From contig CALWSR010000002.1 of assembly GCA_944384265.1 (NCBI GenBank), positions 40,361 through 104,360 of the forward strand: a stretch of 64,000 bases of DNA, written 5' to 3'. Under the pieces are notes generated by a model. It did no database searches. It was not told the origin of the DNA and saw only the letters and a program-made list of their open reading frames with translations. Positions 62,664-64,000 of this stretch are shown here, piece by piece. The stretch is from an uncultured Clostridia bacterium (lineage in GTDB: Bacteria > Bacillota > Clostridia > Lachnospirales > Anaerotignaceae). Every line of letters begins with the position of its first letter. Positions within the stretch are counted from its first letter, which is position 1. Position numbers and translations under genes: made by a program.

Positions 62664-63554
62664 TTACATCATATAATGATTGTCTACTCTTTTGATTTTT
62701 TCCATTTTGGATAAAATCACTGCACAAAATATAAATGCAGCACCAAAAACCATTTTCATTGTAAAGGATTCTTTTAAAAGCAATACAGAAAATATGACAC
62801 CAAATAAAGATTCCATAGCCAGCAATATAGATGTATGGGTATCGCTGGTATATTTTTGTGCTATATTTTGTATTGTAAATGCAATGGTTGTATTAAATAC
62901 AATCAAATAAAAAATCCCTGCCACAGCTTGTTGTGAAATCTCTTGAGGGGTTTGTTCAAAACAAACTGCGCAAATTGCCGAAAGTATTCCCGCTGTTAAA
63001 AATTGTATCACTGTAAATTGTATCACATTCATTTCTTGCATAAACAACCCAATCAGCACAATTTGCAATCCAAATATAATGGCATATACAAGAGAGAGGC
63101 CATCACCTATGCTGATTGAAAAGTCACCATTTAAGCTTAATATCCCCACTCCTATCAATGTCATGGCACCTGCTATGATGGCGTAATAAGCCGGTTTCTT
63201 TTTTAAAATCATCCATGAAAGAAAAGGGACAAAAACGGTATAGGATGCAATAATAAACGCTTGCTTACTGGCTGTTGTATACTGAAGTGCAGTCACTTGT
63301 ATAAACTGTCCCAAAAATAAAAAACTGCCTATGAGTACCCCTGCTTTTTTTATATTGTTTGGTATTTGTTTTAATTGCTTATGAAATATCACCGCCAACA
63401 ATATACCAGAGCCCAAAAAGCGAAATGCACTGATATAAAAAGGCGTAAATGAAATCAAAGCCCATTTTCCTGCCACAAATCCGCCTCCCCATATTGCTGC
63501 AGCCAAAAATAAAGCCATGTCTGCTAAAAAACCCTTTTCTTTGCTCCATTGCAT
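62664..63554 (-). CDS. DMT/EamA-family transporter
   Basis: AAAIWGGGF, SAFRF, ALQYTTASKQAFI, GDGLSL, QKYTSDT..ILLAMES; two EamA repeats. Confidence 0.92.
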   Translation of the reverse strand: MQWSKEKGFLADMALFLAAAIWGGGFVAGKWALISFTPFYISAFRFLGSGILLAVIFHKQLKQIPNNIKKAGVLIGSFLFLGQFIQVTALQYTTASKQAFIIASYTVFVPFLSWMILKKKPAYYAIIAGAMTLIGVGILSLNGDFSISIGDGLSLVYAIIFGLQIVLIGLFMQEMNVIQFTVIQFLTAGILSAICAVCFEQTPQEISQQAVAGIFYLIVFNTTIAFTIQNIAQKYTSDTHTSILLAMESLFGVIFSVLLLKESFTMKMVFGAAFIFCAVILSKMEKIKRVDNHYMM

Positions 63555-63802
63555 AGCATTCCCTCCATATTTATTTGTTTATTATTTTAAATTTTATTTA
63601 TTAAAATAAATATAGAGCTATTTTTTCATTTTGTCAATAGCTTTCAGCCATAATTTTTTTACTTTTTTCATTAAAATATATCTTTTTTTTATTTGATACT
63701 GTTTTTTTTTATTGCAAAATTTGTTTTATCAATATACAAATATGACATACTGTGTTATAGTAAATAAAAAAGCATTTTCACATCTTTATGGGAGGGGTCA
63801 TC

Positions 63803-64000
63803 ATGTGTCATACAGAATTAGGTCATAAAATATTATCATTTCGGCAAAAAAAAGAACTGACCATAAGAGAACTTTCTGAAAAAACAGGCTTAAGTCCTTC
63901 TATGCTCAGTCAATTAGAACGAGGAATCGGTAACCCCAGCTTAAATGCATTACAAGCCATTGCTTCTGCTATGGGTATTTCACTTTCTGCACTTTTTTTA
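63803..64000 (+). CDS. XRE-family HTH regulator, partial (runs off window end; not in ORF track)
   Basis: MCHTELGHKILSFRQKKELTIRELSEKTGLSPSMLSQLERGIGNPSLNALQAIASAMG; GGAGG RBS. Confidence 0.85.
   Translation, partial: MCHTELGHKILSFRQKKELTIRELSEKTGLSPSMLSQLERGIGNPSLNALQAIASAMGISLSALFL

Overview
AT-rich chromosomal window from a Clostridia-type bacterium (Bacillota; the mobile-element style resembles gut Lachnospiraceae relatives, inferred). From left to right: (i) a minus-strand operon joining a metal-chelate ABC importer to a NifH-like reductase and a NifD/K-like subunit cut by the window edge, i.e. a nitrogenase-like system of unknown substrate. (ii) Accessory and housekeeping genes: DUF5104-like/InlB-repeat protein, SUKH-like protein, MGMT, CDF transporter, DUF2156 + Eis-like GNAT, NUDIX, mutY, purH under a ZTP riboswitch, NCS2 permease, guaA. 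(iii) A ~20 kb decaying accessory region starting at the guaA 3' end. It holds two tandem, related, pseudogenised integrative elements separated by a duplicated guaA-end att site, an intact 13-unit Sel1-repeat protein, GNAT, marR, a bgl operon with two RAT antiterminators, and an orphan HTH-fused N6-adenine methyltransferase between IS982 and IS5 remnants. (iv) Core genes: a small candidate spore protein, Na/Pi cotransporter, GGDEF-EAL protein, sigma54-controlled cdsR/cdsB-like pair, flippase, typA, csp, an IspD-RNase HI fusion, yacL, carD, degV, HAD, purA, carA, a CarB-DapF fusion, a DMT transporter and a partial XRE regulator. No rRNA, tRNA or CRISPR array was seen. Family assignments come from motif recognition by eye, not database searches.
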